Shown piece after piece: positions 1 to 13,900 of a DNA stretch of 64,000 nucleotides. A program made the position numbers and the translations under genes. Position 1 is the first letter of the stretch. The number at the start of each line of letters is the position of its first letter. This DNA is from Lytechinus pictus. Its lineage: Eukaryota. The notes beneath the pieces are model-generated. The model worked only from the letters and a program-made list of their open reading frames with translations. It was not told the DNA's origin and made no database searches. The stretch covers positions 24,120,001 through 24,184,000 of the forward strand of contig NC_087245.1 of the NCBI RefSeq assembly GCF_037042905.1, given 5' to 3'.

Positions 1-211
1 TAACTCTGGATATTTAGCAATTAGACCTATTTATAGAAAAACATAACGTTAATGTTTTGACCCCTTCCCCCCCAAAAAAGGAAAAACAATTATAAACTAA
101 GTTATATACATCCCCCTTTTCTCATTTCGCTTTTTATTTTCTCTATTCCCTCCTTATTTTTTTTTGGGGGGAGGGACCTTTTCGGGGGGCACCGCCCCTA
201 GCTACGCGCCT
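1..211. mobile_element. right end of hAT-like non-autonomous element (same family as 40346-41629 and 57637-59042)
   Basis: Ends CCCCTAGCTACGCGCCT like the other copies. Confidence 0.55.
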
Positions 212-555
212 ACCAGATGAAGAGGCGAGCGAGCAAAACCTTTGTCACTTTTATTACAAATATCAATTTTGCAATAGATTTTGACATAACATTCGGAATT
301 ATTCTCGCATGCATTTTTCTTTCCTTTTGCTTTTTTATGGCCTTTTATTTCTCTTCCCTTTCTCTTTCTGTCTTTCTTTCTTTCTTTCTTTTCCTTCCTT
401 CATTCCTTTTCTCTTATCCCGTTTTTTTTTTGGTGAAATCCACTGGACCGGGGATCAAGGGCCAGCCTGCATGCCCCCGGCGGTTTACGCCTCTGCCGTG
501 GATGTAAGCTATATATACGCATGATCTTAATCTTCATTATGATTCAAACTATATA

Positions 556-823
556 GAGGCGCATCCAAGATTTTCCAAATTAAGTAGGGGGGGGGGCGGG
601 GTGAATTTTCTCAAGTAAAATTTGACAACTCCCAAAAAAGGTTCTTACTAAAAAAAAAAAACGGTCATTGTCTCGCGTAAAGTTTGACAAGTTAAAAAAA
701 AAATGGTCACTCAAAATGAAAGTCATTTTGTCCGTGTAATATTCGGCAAGCCCCCCCCCCCACAAAAATAAGAAAAGGGAAAGTCATTTTGTCCACGTGA
801 TATTTGGCAACCCCCCCCCCCCC

Positions 824-854
<31 letters not shown>

Positions 855-1249
855 TTTTAACTATAGCAATGATCGAAGGTCATTTTGTCTCGCGTAAAAT
901 TTGACAATTTTTTTATAAAGTTGTCACTAAAAAAGAAGGTCACTTTTTCCACCGTTATATTTGGCAAGCCCCCACCCCCATAAAAATTTTGTCCCTAAAA
1001 GTGATGTATAGAAAGTCATATTGTTAATTTGTTCCCAGTAAAATTTGACAAGCAAAAAAAAGGCAAAAAAGAGAAAAGAATATGAACGAAATATCCCCAT
1101 TACAAATAATGCTGTGATTCTCATAAGGGAGGGGGGGGGGGCACATAACTAGTATTAACAAAATATTTAATTCCAAAATGTTTACTATAAATCTCAAAAG
1201 GGGGAACGGGCAGAAATGCTCACCCCAACCCCCCCCCCCCCCGCCACTG
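556..1249. mobile_element. non-autonomous DNA element with internal ~60-bp repeats
   Basis: AGAGGCGCATCCA... to ...CCGCCACTG termini; recurrent AGGTCATTTTGTC..AAATTTGACAA units. Confidence 0.5.
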
Positions 1250-1379
1250 ATTCCAATCAATAATGACTTTTCTCTGCAATACTGATGCTTTGAAATCAAG
1301 ATACTGAAGATTGATACGCTTAACATAAATTATGAACGTCTGACAAAAAGATAACCAACCGATCACCTGACCGATCAGC

Positions 1380-1466
1380 TGACCAGTACGCGTATCACTT
1401 CGGAGTTGATCACTCGTCGCAGCTGTGTGGAACGCTCACCGAAAATCAACAAAAAGGGCCTGAAAT
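1380..1466 (+). promoter_or_regulatory. putative first (5'UTR) exon / promoter region of POLR1E
   Basis: CpG-enriched non-repeat stretch ending in a consensus donor aaat|GTAAGT at 1466/1467; 5' boundary approximate. Confidence 0.4.
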
Positions 1467-1675
1467 GTAAGTTTAACAATAATCAATTTTAATTTCAACT
1501 ATTTTTACAACTAAATAAAGGTTTGCCGTCCGAATGAAAGGTATATCGGATAACTCTAACTTGTATTAAGGTGTACATTTACCAAAGTCTTGGGTTGGAA
1601 ATCAGAACAGCATTGTCCAACCCATAATTTGGGTAATGTCGCCTATGAGGTCCATACATGTTAATGTTTGGACCT

Positions 1676-1875
1676 CATTGGTACTAGGAGTGGTCCACTG
1701 GCAAAGCCTTGGAATTGGGCTTGGCCAAGGGCAAGGCTGCGGCCGAGTCAGTGGAAAAGGGTTTGGCCACTTACACTGGTGCGAGGTTAACTAGCCAGGC
1801 GGCTTCTAGAGAGTAAAATTAAAAATCATTTACTAACGTAAGGTTACTCTCATACGAACACTCCTAGTACCAATG
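1676..1875. mobile_element. MITE, 17-bp TIR
   Basis: CATTGGTACTAGGAGTG (1676) / CACTCCTAGTACCAATG (to 1875) perfect inverted repeats. Confidence 0.7.
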
Positions 1876-1935
1876 TACTTCCCCAACGTTACGCGACGCT
1901 CGCGTCCTCGCGTCGCGTAACGTTGGGGAAGTACA

Positions 1936-4190
1936 ATAAGAAACAAGATGGCGGCGTAAACATTGGGCAAGTCTCTTCCGTCTTTTCACAATATTTTTTA
2001 ATTTTTTTGATGAATTCTTGTTTTAAAAATAACAAGAGCGTAGAAATGTCGGAAATGAAGTTTTATCCCATGTAGGGCCTACATGATTTAGAGCTAGATC
2101 TTTTAGAAGGAAAGTAGAAATCTCGGGGGTGAAAGTTTCAGGTTTTGGCTTCCTTTGTGTGGGTCTATGAGATAGAACTTAGAAGGCCTGGCTTCGTATG
2201 AGAGTAACCTTACGTTAGTAAATGATTTTTACTCTCTAGAAGCCGCCTGGCTAAGGTTAACCTCACATTCTATGTAATCGGCAAACATCGCGTCGCTTCA
2301 GTACCGTGGCGTTGGTGTATCAACTACTACTACTAGTATTCAACCCGTTTGGAGAGTTTCCTCAAAATATATATTAGAAATATAGAATTTACCTGAATTT
2401 CAGACCCATCTTATTTCCAAGAGCAAATGCTGGTTATTCTTTTTCCGTTATTTTTTTCATCAACCCGTCGACATGAAAGATGGCCCTGTCTTTCAATCTG
2501 CCCTTGTCCCATCCGACTATGGACTAGACCAATTGAGATGAGACCAAACAGGGAATTAATCAAAGCCAGAGACTTACATAAATCTAGATCTAATTTAGCA
2601 ATCTAAACCATTTTGAAATTAGCTATCTATCATCACTAGGTCTAGGTTGAATACTAGTGCATTTCAGTGCAAAAGGTCATCGCCGCATAATTCAATCCTC
2701 CGCGCATACAGTCGACAGATTGATAAAGAAAATACCGACAACAGATTACACTGGAAATAACAAAGGTATGAAATTAAGATAAATTCCCTTTCTAAATATT
2801 TGGGGGAATTTGTCCAAATCTTTGAATTATGCCGGGTTGAATACTAGTGCCCGTACGGTACAAATTTGCCGAAACTCCTCGGATCGATCGGCCTCGCTAC
2901 TCACCGGGCCGGGTCTAGGGCTCTTTCCGGCAAGTAGCCATAGAATGATCTAAGTTTCTAACTTTTAATTGTTTTTTGTAGTCTTCTTTTTTTTCTCGAA
3001 ATTTATAAATCAAAATCATACAAAACAGAGCAAATTCGCTTACCTTGGCCTGGAAAGTGACTTTGCCTGTCTCTTCTACGGAAATAAAACTAAGTCTGAA
3101 ATAAAAGGAAGCCTGATGGTGGTGCTAATAATTTTTGCAACCTTACAAGTTACAGTACATGTAGTTCAGGTCCTTTAAGATTATTGGCGATGATAACACT
3201 TTCTTGCAAATAATTCAAAATGATGACAAATTTTTTTTTTTAAAGAAAAAGTCTACGTACCTTGAACGAAACCAGTACAAGCTTTATTCGTTCGTTTGTA
3301 AATAAACGGTCCACCAAAGTCTATACAATGATAGATTGGACATTTCACGGACTTTGCGTAATGCTTTCCGTCGATTTGCGTGCAAAATAGTTAAGGTGCC
3401 TAGTCTTTTCCCTGTAGTGCCTTTGATATGAATATAAATCGTTTATTTGGAAAAGAATGTTAAAAGAAGTCACCAAAGGGACTTTGTATCGATCGCTGAG
3501 TGAAATCATGAAATGGAATAATTTCATTAGATTCTAGATTTCGTCAAAGTAGACCATCTATAAATAATTCGTGCAATCACATGGAAGTGTTTCATCTGGA
3601 TTCCAGGGATTTCCAAAGGAGTGGAAGGATCAGCTCAGAGAGGGAGAGTTGCATGCGTCGTGCCTTGATTTTCCTGTGAGCGGCGGCATGTAATGAACCC
3701 TTGAGTGGGGCTTTGCAATAATCAAGAATCGCTGGGTTGTAATAGATATTCTATTCAAAAAAATAAAACAAATAGGGCCGAATTCAAACAAAAGTTTCAG
3801 GCAGCCAAGTTTCCACTTAATGCACCTCGTATCAACATGATAAAAAATAATGAAGACTAGCCAGGAGGCTCCTAGAGAGTACAAATCATTCACTAACGTG
3901 TGCTTAATCTCCATGGATCCAGGGATTGTGCCCGTATCATGTCGGTCACTGCGTGTACTGCGGTCAAAATTGAAATTTTTGCCCCCAAGATTTCTACTTT
4001 CCATGTAAAAGATCTAGCCCTAAAATCATGTAAATGGGCTAGAACTTCATTCCCGACATTTAGAGGTCTATAATTTGGATTTCATTTTTAACAAATATTC
4101 ATTAAAAAACAAACGAGAAATATTATTAGAAGACAGGTAAGACAGGGGAAGAAGACTTGCCGATGTTTACGTGGCCATCTTGTTCTCTTT
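1936..4190. mobile_element. non-autonomous DNA element with long (~300 bp) imperfect TIRs
   Basis: 1940-2260 is the approximate reverse complement of 3855-4185 (AACAAGATGGCGGCGTAAACATTGGGCAAGTCT vs AGACTTGCCGATGTTTACGTGGCCATCTTGTT, etc.). Confidence 0.65.
2332..2848. mobile_element. nested MITE, 16-bp TIR
   Basis: ACTAGTATTCAACCCG / CGGGTTGAATACTAGT; extra internal copy of the right end near 2645. Confidence 0.65.
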
Positions 4191-4799
4191 GTTAGTAGCT
4201 TAGCTACAAGATGCATATAGAGGGTGGCAGACGCCATGCTTTTTTGATAAGTTGTCTTTCACTAAAGTTATACAAAATTGAGATTTGCTTAAATTAGGAT
4301 AAAAAGCCTGTGATGTTCTGAAAATGATTATAATGCTAATTATCACTGTCTTTTTTTTTAGAATCAGTGCTCTTCAAATTGGGTAAGAGGTAATTGTACT
4401 GTCTAATTAGTACTGGTCATTATTTTATTTCAATGTTATTCGATTATCGCCAACAAAAGTCTGAAAATTCATTAAACACTTTCATTATGAGCTGTAGTCA
4501 GTTCCTTGGAAGCAGAGAAATGAAGGTAACTCTCTCAATGTTGATTGTCCATGAAAAGCAGGTATTTGGGTACCGACTTACAAAGTTCTGAGTTGGTTAA
4601 AAGCATTACAGAGCAGCATTTTGGTCAATTTATAGTGATTAAGGTTTCACAAGCGACAGTATTTTATTCAAATTGTGTTATCGCGATATGTCAACATAAT
4701 CATGAAGCCATTAACAAATATTCAAATATTTTTTTTTATTTTGATAAAATTGAGGTATACCTTATAAAAATAAATGTTTTTTAACTTTTATCTTCTTAG

Positions 4800-4921
4800 C
4801 CAAATTCTCCCATGGAAGGCTGCAGAGAAATTCAGATGGTACATGGAAGAAGAGTCCGTCTTTCACCCTTCTAAGGAGCTCAGACAAGGATGACAAGAGG
4901 AAAAATCTCAGGAGGATATTG
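4800..4921 (+). CDS. POLR1E: POLR1E coding exon (AKFSHGRL...RRIL)
   Basis: ttag| acceptor, |gtcagt donor, open frame matching the A49 N-terminal dimerisation region. Confidence 0.9.
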
Positions 4922-7900
4922 GTCAGTCATAAATGCACTTGCCCTCTTTTCTGTAGATTTTGTAGTCATTGAATTTTATTGGTTAATCATTTTATTATGT
5001 CTTAAACTTTCTTTTATTGCTTCTTTGTCTTCATTGTTTGTTTTCTGGTGAGGTAATACCAAATGATATTTATGCTTTTGGTATGAAGATGGAAGAAAAG
5101 AAGATCCTTGATTGAGATCACATAAACAACAAGGATTTTTTTAGCATTGAGCTTTCTTCGAAACTTTTTAACCAACCTCTTGCATCATTGCTGAGTGCAG
5201 ATGCAATTTTATTTTAGCAGCAACAGTATTAGTTTTCTCATCTCCCTCACCCTCTAGAATTTACCCTGTGTAACCAAGGACAGCTGCTCTAGGATATTTT
5301 GATAATGGTTGGTGGGGCAGGGATAGAGAGAACTACAGGTGATATGTTTTGTAATAAAAAACAGAGAATTATATAGTTATGCGACCAAGTTTACTTTCAT
5401 CAGTGCTCTTGTATGTCCCATTTTCTCCAATCTCTGTTGGTTCTTTTTTAAATCTAGACATTGCTAACACTAATGTTTGTAGGACTTCAATAATCTCTGA
5501 AGCTGTAATGATACCTCTAAAATGTCAAGTTGGGTGGAATCATCAGATTAGGGATGCTGAGCAATTGGTGAGTGACAGTAGCTGGCCTTTTTCTTGACGG
5601 TCTTCCACGTTGCCATTGATTCATTTTTTGCTCGGTTTAGGTGTTCTGCCTGCACCTTGTCAATGGCCGGCCAACTCTGTGTCAGAAAAATTGTCCAAGT
5701 GAACATGGGCCATCGTTAACAATGGAAAAACAGTGTCTTCTCTCAAGGAGTATGTCCTTGGGAAATATAATTTTAACATAAGTTTGAATTTTATTTTCTT
5801 ATTAGAACTTCTTTTGCTTTTTTTAAACCTGTAGGTAGCAGAAGCTGACTCCATGCAGTATGTTGGCCAAAATTATGGTGACCAAGCATCCAAAGCCAAC
5901 TCAATGTGCAAGTAAGTATTCATACCATGTGATACAGCATCAGGTCCAGTTGGGTAAAAGTATCAGATAGTTGTTGCTTTTTTGCTCATCTCTTCTATCT
6001 GTAGCAGCAGAACATGATAATGTTTAAAGAGTACTCAATTTCACCATCAAGTGTAGTAATGTTATTGAGAAGAGGAAAACAAGTAAGAATAGTATGAAAA
6101 TACATGAAGCCATCACATTAGGCAGGGACAGATTATGAATGGATGGAAAAGTTGGCAACAAAGTATTTGAAATCAAGGTCAATTCACTCAATTGTCACCA
6201 TATCATTGTCGGTCTAGATTAAGAAATGTCTTTTTTAAATCAGGAAATCTAGGAGAGCAGTAAAGCAAAACACTGGAGATTGCCAACACAGATATGCGCA
6301 TGATGTACCTTGTCTTATTAATGCTTTGAAAAAGATTCCTAATTTGTACGGTGTACCATGTTTACATTGCTTATTACTCAGGATATATACATTTTTAATT
6401 GGAATAATTTGGCAAATATTTTTGGGTTTTTCAAGCACTTGAGCGGTCATTTTGTTTGATTCTCTTCAAGCTCATTTCAAGATAGTTACCTCAACTGGCC
6501 ACTTTTTATTTTCAGATACTTGGTCGGAGTATTGGACAAGAAGACTGGAAAGATGAAAATCTTCAACTCTCAACTACTAGAGCTGCATCCATGGCTTGGA
6601 AAGAAAGAGATCAAAGAAGAACAAAATAAGAAAATCAATGACTTTTCATTGGCTGAAAAGGTAGTCAACCTGGACCTAGCTCACACAAAGAAATAGCACT
6701 TGTGTCAAATAACCTTATAGACTCCAAATAATTCAGTTCTATTCTGTGAATTCTATTAATTTGTTTTGTCTTGTCTTGATGATATTATGACTTTACAAAA
6801 TGCCATCATCCGTATTTTGCAGATGAGCTTTTGATTGGCAAGTAGTCAAATAATAAATTGTCATTGTGAGGAATCAATATTTTCTTTGATGAACGAGAAA
6901 TAATTACATTATATTCTAATAATATGCCAATAGTGCACAAATTGTAAATTAGTGCAACATTGGCTGTTTATAGTGTAGTACTTTTGGTATCCCTTGATGA
7001 AAACCATCCAATTTAGTTATCATTACATGTATCTTTTATAATCGTTAATCATTACCCTTGCAATATGGCATGATAATGCACAGCTAGCATCGACATGCGC
7101 CGATAGGTTAATTTGACAGTTTCCGGCCCATGGTGCAATGTGCTATGAAGTCATACTTTTTTATGCAACACTAAGACCCCTTGTAGTGACAAAAATTCAA
7201 AAATATTCAATGACTTCGAATGAGATACCAGAAATATTCCACGAGTTGCGGCCTAATATTGCACAAAATCAGAAAATTCGAAAAGATTTGGTATGTACCA
7301 AACTCCTCTTCAAATTTACTTCACAGAAAGACAGACTGACTGAAGCCTTTGGAAGTTCCAAGAAACAGAGGGCTATGGAATCACGTCTGAAGAACAAGGT
7401 TGGAACAGAAGCCTTAGAGACCTCTGCAGCCAAGGCAGTCACCCATGCTGTTGATACACCTGCTCTTCCACAAGGTAAATCTACTACCCTTTAAACCATT
7501 TAGAATCTGGAGGAAAGAATCAGAGTTTTTAGCATTCAGAGTTCTTTTTCATAGATTATTCCTGTTTGGGGGATACCTTCACTGGGTACTTCTATGGGAA
7601 TTGCCATTTCTTTTTCATTTTTAGCAAATTTCCATATTTCAATTTGAAAAGTTGGGAGACCTGCCCTTGGGGTTTCTATCCTCCAGTTTCTATCCAGCAC
7701 AGTTTATATTAAGTTTCATGCATAGTTTGCAGAAATTTTCCAGCAGTGCAACTGGAAACTTTTGACCAAGAGAAGCAATGTTGTATCAACTCCTCTTTGG
7801 GATATCAAGAATCTCTCCATTAAAATAAACCCAACTCTTACTTGAGCCAGGTGATCATTGCATGATAAGCATCTGAGAGTGAAATTATGAGAAAAGTTGT

Positions 7901-10900
7901 TAAAGGTTATTATTATTTATTTGACCTAAAATGTGCTTGATGCAAAATACCAAGATATAACTTTCACATTGAATATAATGTTGTTTTTTTTACTAAAGTA
8001 ACATTGCAAGATTCTGATTTTGTTTGGGAGCATGTTACCTTCTCATATTGCACTGAAAATGAATAGTGCACACACATGAAAAAGGGAAAATGTAAAAAAA
8101 ACTTGAGTGACATAAAGCATAATGACCCCAATTCTCTTTATCAAGTTCCTTGGACTGCTTCATGTGGTTAAGTTTTTTTGCTACTACTTCTTATTTTGCT
8201 TGTTGTCTTCTTGCTTCCTAGACTCTGACATCGACACAAGTCTGCTGCCACCGTGTGACAGATCTGCGAAGAGGCCACAAGATGTGTACAAGCTCGAAGA
8301 CAGTATCCTTTTGAAATAACAGAACATAATTTCTATCGGCCATGAGATTGTCTGGTTGAATTGGATAACAATCCTACCGTACTTAAAATTATTATGCTAC
8401 TGGAAATGACGTCAAAGTGATTTTGTCTCTGAGGGATGAAGTCCTGAAGTAAAATGGCCACATTTTTACCAATACGCATTTGAGAATGAATCGGACCATT
8501 GCCTAAAGAAAAGGCAGTAGATTTTCACACCTTCCTCCTAAAAAATCTACAACTGTCACCACTGCATCTAAACCTTTATCTTCTTCTCTGATCCCTTTTT
8601 ACAAGCGCTTCCTTTTCTTTACTTTTCCCCTGCCACTCTTCCTTCTCTTCTCTTTCCCATTCTCATATATATTCTGTTTTTAATTCACTGCTACATGCTC
8701 CACCACCTCCTTGTAATGGTACTGAAAGAAAAACACAAGTAAGATTTGTCAGTGCCATAGAAAGAAAGTTGCATGTTCATGTATAGTTTGATTTCTTCCT
8801 TGACATATTTTACAGTCATATCGGCAAGACACAGGAAATCACTCCAATCACAAGCAGAGGAGCTGTTAACTGGTGCTAAATCGCAGCTAGATGAATGGAA
8901 AAATACTAAGAAGTAAGGATTTATAAACACCTAAAATACCTCGGCCTTGCTGGTTTCATGGATAACACAACATTTCCTCTGGCAACATTTGTTCCAGTCT
9001 AATATCTCAGAGGGCATTGGGTTTTGAGTTAGGATTGTAATGGAGTTTTTGGTTCAGAACATTGTAAATATAAGGATAAGTGTTTATATACATGTACATG
9101 TAGTTCTGAAGGTTAGCTTTTATGTTAGACTTAATGTGCAAATTTTCCATCGAAGCAATTGTCGCCGGAGCAAATTTAATGACAATTGCTCTACTATGAA
9201 TTCCACACATTAATTATAAGACTAACTTCAACCCTTGATACAAGACTTCACCCTACTCTAAACCTAACATAAAACTCTATTGTAGCACCAACCCTACTTA
9301 GACAAAATAAAGCCTGGAGCAGTTGTCGCAAGAGCAAATGTTGTGTCACCGCTTAGTCAGGGTTAAGCAATTACCAATTTGTTGTATTGCCAAGTCGATG
9401 ATGCCCATTTTGCACCATCCCCACTTGGTCTAACATCATTGACACAAACTGATAATTTCCAAGTATTCACTAAGGCAATATTCAGAAGAGTAAGTCAATG
9501 AGTTGGCATTTAGTCCATAGGATCATTAGACAATTGTGCAGTTCACTTTGATTTATATTGGACCATGTCACAGTTGGATTCATTTCAATAATACCATATT
9601 GATATCAGAACAAATGGGTTGACCAATTGGGGTATTAGATGATATGTGTCAGAAAAAGATGAGACAGATCAGTTTAAACTTAGACTGACATTGATCTCAA
9701 TGTGTATAATATAGAGATAGGAATTCTAATCAAGCTAAAGTGCTTGATTGATTTTGATCTATCGCAAGCCTTTATAAGAAAAGGTCCAAGTGTTAAAACA
9801 AAACAGTAGGACACCAACACAACCAACTTTCTACATCCATGAAGTAATGTTATATATCAGAAAGATAAAGTTACAAATGCTTCTACAGCAAACGGTTTCC
9901 CTTTTTCCTTTTCTCTGTACAGGTATCCCCAGTATGTATTGGATCATGTACCTGCTCTATTGCATGAAGCTGATCACGAAAGAAGCATTACTCGGGCAAC
10001 CAAACTACTCTTCCTAACCTTCCTCATGAAGCTGCATGCTACCAAACCAAAAGAATTGAGTAAGTTTCTTGTTCTTAAGCTAATACATCAAAATTAGTCG
10101 TACTTAGTGTCAGGCTTGAGTCATGTCAAGCACTGATACCTAGCAAATGAATGATTCTGAAACTGACTAGATACATGTATAGTGTTAGATTGTCCAACAT
10201 CAATACAATTATACATTTCAAGATAATTTGATCATTCGCTCAATCAGAATATGGGTCCAAAATGGTCCAGATAGGTGTATTTAGTTTTCAAATTCATTTG
10301 AAAAATCGTCATGAATCTTTTTTGCATCTAGCGTTGGTTATGCCTTCAAGAATATAATAGTTGATGTTATCAATCGGAAAACGAACGTGCAATGCTTTGT
10401 GTTGCGGGGCCTAGGACTCCCCTGTCCATACCTGCCAACCATTCCGATTTTGGCGGAATTATACCGATTTTTCGACCTCTATTCCGAATTCCAAATTTTA
10501 AAACCAAAATTCCGATTTTTGGGTTAATCAATATAGTGTTGAAATTATTGAAACGGCTGTATAATGCGACTAACGCATGCACCGCTGTAAGATGCAACTA
10601 ACGCATGCACCGCTGTAAGATGCGACTAACACATAAACGACTGGAGCGCACGGCTACGCAAATGCGCTAGCTACACGATATACACAGAGAGCGACTTTAA
10701 ACGGCGCGCGAACACTGCTAAGTTCAAGTGCGCAGTTCCATTGCAAATACATGTGAAAATTAACGAGCGTACACGCAAATGCCGCACTTAGGGCCAGGGC
10801 GCTACATTTTGAGGTGTTGTCGTTAGCGTTTACTTCCGGAAAAAAAATGGCGGCTGACATCGGCTAGCGAAAGAGCTAGTTTTTAGTGAGGACATGTTTT

Positions 10901-13900
10901 CATAATCCACGAACATCGGAAAATCCGTGAAAAAGTCACCTTTTTAGACCCCTTGTTTCCTACATACGATGTTAAGAATCACTGATGGTGATATTTTTTA
11001 CGGGAAACATGGTGATTTAGGTAAGAAAATTTTACTTTTTATTTGAGGTTTTTGCCCATGTCGCCGGATGATTTTGTAGTGTGGGAGTGAGTTAGTGATG
11101 TAGCGTACATGTCTAGAGTGCGTTGGTGATTACAGTGGTATATTGCTGAGTCTGCTGATGATGATGAACGGCTGAAGGTCGCATGAACACCGGCCGCGTA
11201 CCGACTTAATTGCTCTTAAGTTAGATCTATCCCTACGCAATTTTAACATTGATCTGTACTTTATTTTTTGAATAATTGTCAATTTTTTGAGGAAGAAAGA
11301 TTATCAACTTTCGATCTCGGGTTGAGCCTTCGGAGCCGAACGCCAAATCTACTTTAATTGCTTCGCTTGCCTAAAGTCCCGGCGCCCGCCCAGTGGCTGC
11401 GCCTCAGCCTCCCCGTCTTACCGGGGCACTGCAAATGCAGTGGTAGGTGCGGGTCGGGCGCATGCAGCCGTTAGTTTCGGCTCCGTTTTTGTCATGGTTG
11501 AATATCTGCTTTCTTCTACCAACAAGCACTTATCCAATGTAGGTTATGATATAACCTTGTCCTCAGTCAGTAACCCCTGTGTGGTGAAATAACATGAATA
11601 AGACAATGTCAATGTTTGGCTTATTTTCTCTTGATGCATGAAATGATAGATTTTTTGGCTTGTCAGTTTTTAATACAGTAGGGATAACTTAAATCTAAAT
11701 TCATCATAAAAAATATGCCTTGGCCCATAACTCAATTGAAATCTTGAAATTATTTTTTGTTTAATTAAAAAGAGAATCTATGGAGATGAAGATCTGCATC
11801 AATCTCATCCAGCAATAGAGGGCCTCACAAAAAAATGCTCAAAATCAAAGTTTTTAGAGAGCTCTGATGAACAAGAAAAATTATCCCTAAGTCTATATAG
11901 ATTTAAATGAAAACAAATCACACCTGAATGAAACTGGGTGTTTTTTGTCACAGAGGTGATATTTTAAAGACCTTTTTTTATTTTTAATTGATAAATGAAG
12001 GTAAACTCTACATGTAGGTCATCCTCTGGTGTGGTAATGAGGGTAAATTTGCTTTAAAAAGTGTAGGGAAATGCTACTTTTACATGCTGAAAATGCAAAG
12101 AGTCCCTACCGTTGGAGCGGGCCGGACACCCGCTCGGCGCCCTCGGAACTTTGATACTGATTTTTTATTATCAAAGGTTGGCAGGTATGCCTGTATCTAG
12201 TCCACTTGTCAATCAAAACTTTCTTTTTGTGTGAATTTTTACAAATCAAACTTTGACTAAAAATTGTTATGTTTTTCCTCATTTTACAGAGACATGTCTA
12301 AAGACTGCCCCCCCTGGCATCAGAACCCATCTATATGATACCTTCACACAAGTGACCCCAACCCCAGATGGCCAAAGTGAAAAACAGTGAGTAGTCAAAG
12401 GAATATTCTGATTGTCAATAGGAGAGAAAGAGATAGTGAAAGAGAAGAAATAGTGATCAAAAGTTACTGGAGGATGATTGGAATGGCATTCAGATAGTTT
12501 CAATGAATTGCATTTTTATATTTACAGGCCTGTATTTTGAACATGGGGTTTTCACTGAAACCATGGCGATTGATTTCAAATGAGATGACTTTATTAGTAT
12601 CAGAGATTGTGATTGGCTTATCATTGATTAATATTGATGTATGAGTGTGTTTCTCGGAGGAGCATCAAATCTGAAAGTCATGATTACGCCAAGATTCATT
12701 GCTATAAACTGTATTTTTTCTTTCCATTCAGGCTTCTCTCTAAAAGCTGCAAGGACAAGCTCTTATCTTATATCCTGGTGTTGGCCCAGCTTATTGATAC
12801 CTTCCACACAGACATTACATCACTCACCAAAGACCTCAACGTCCCTGTCAAAAGGTCAGTGTCCTTTGTCCTCCTGTCTTTCACGACTATGGGGAGGGTG
12901 TGTCTCATTGTGTTTTACATAATAGTACAGTCTTCTTTAACTCTTTTTCTTGTGTCATGAAACTCAGAATCGATGGATGATGTTTAAATGTTATGTGGCC
13001 AGCCATAACTTGATGACATGAATTCATTGATTTCAGAAAAGTGAAACAGATCTGCCGAGTGTAAGATTAGAGCATGAATAAGACCAGTACCATATGAGTA
13101 GACAATATTCTTCTTGGTATGATGTGCCCACTTTGGTTGGCAGAAGCGAGTTAGTGTTTGTGGCGGTAGTCAATCGTAGTATGAAAAGGTTAACCCTAAA
13201 AAGGACTGGGGGCATGATGCGCCCCCCCCCCTGATCTCGGCCTCCATTCGTGCAATCGCGCCGAAATTTGGCACGCACATTCTTTACCACATAAACTACA
13301 AGCTAGTATTAAACGAAATTATTAAACAAAAATAATTATTTTTTTAATTATTATGAATAAAATATGCAAATTTATTTCACTTCAAAGTTTTTTCTTTTTT
13401 TGCAGATGTCATCTTTGTAATCTAATTTAAAGGTTTCCACAAAGAAAAATTGCGAAAGCCAATTTTTTCCTTATGTTTTTAGAATTTCTTATGTATTTCT
13501 TTGTGTTTTGATGTTTTGTTTTCCATTGATTTTTTCAATGGAAATTATTACAGACCATTTAACAACTAAATTAAACCCCAACTTAATTAAGCAGACCAAT
13601 TAGAATGAAAAATAATCACCCTTATATGAATTTCATCTCCCATAGACTTTGTACACAAAGTATAAAAATGAGCCATTTTCGGGATGACATTGCCTCATAA
13701 AAAGTCACGTGACGTCGCGATGGTATACCCGTATGTCGCAAATTTGGTCTCAAAAGTTGCGCGAGACTTCAAAGAAAAAATTCATAAAATTTTGCGGTGC
13801 TATCTTTTGCGTTTCGGAAATATCGCGTGAAGCGTTGAGGGGGGCCATCATGGCCCCCCAGTCCTATTAGGGTTAAGCATTATCATTGCATACATGTAGG

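Noticed and set aside
217..524. Hydrophobic Phe/Ser-rich ORFs
   Set aside because: Products of pyrimidine-rich low-complexity tracts in repeat ends; the same holds for most short ORFs in the track.
3560..3700. Possible POLR1E start exon or THAP-like fragment (MEVFHLDSRDF / GFPKEWKDQL)
   Set aside because: Inside the long-TIR element, phase does not fit the 4800 exon, and motif evidence is insufficient.
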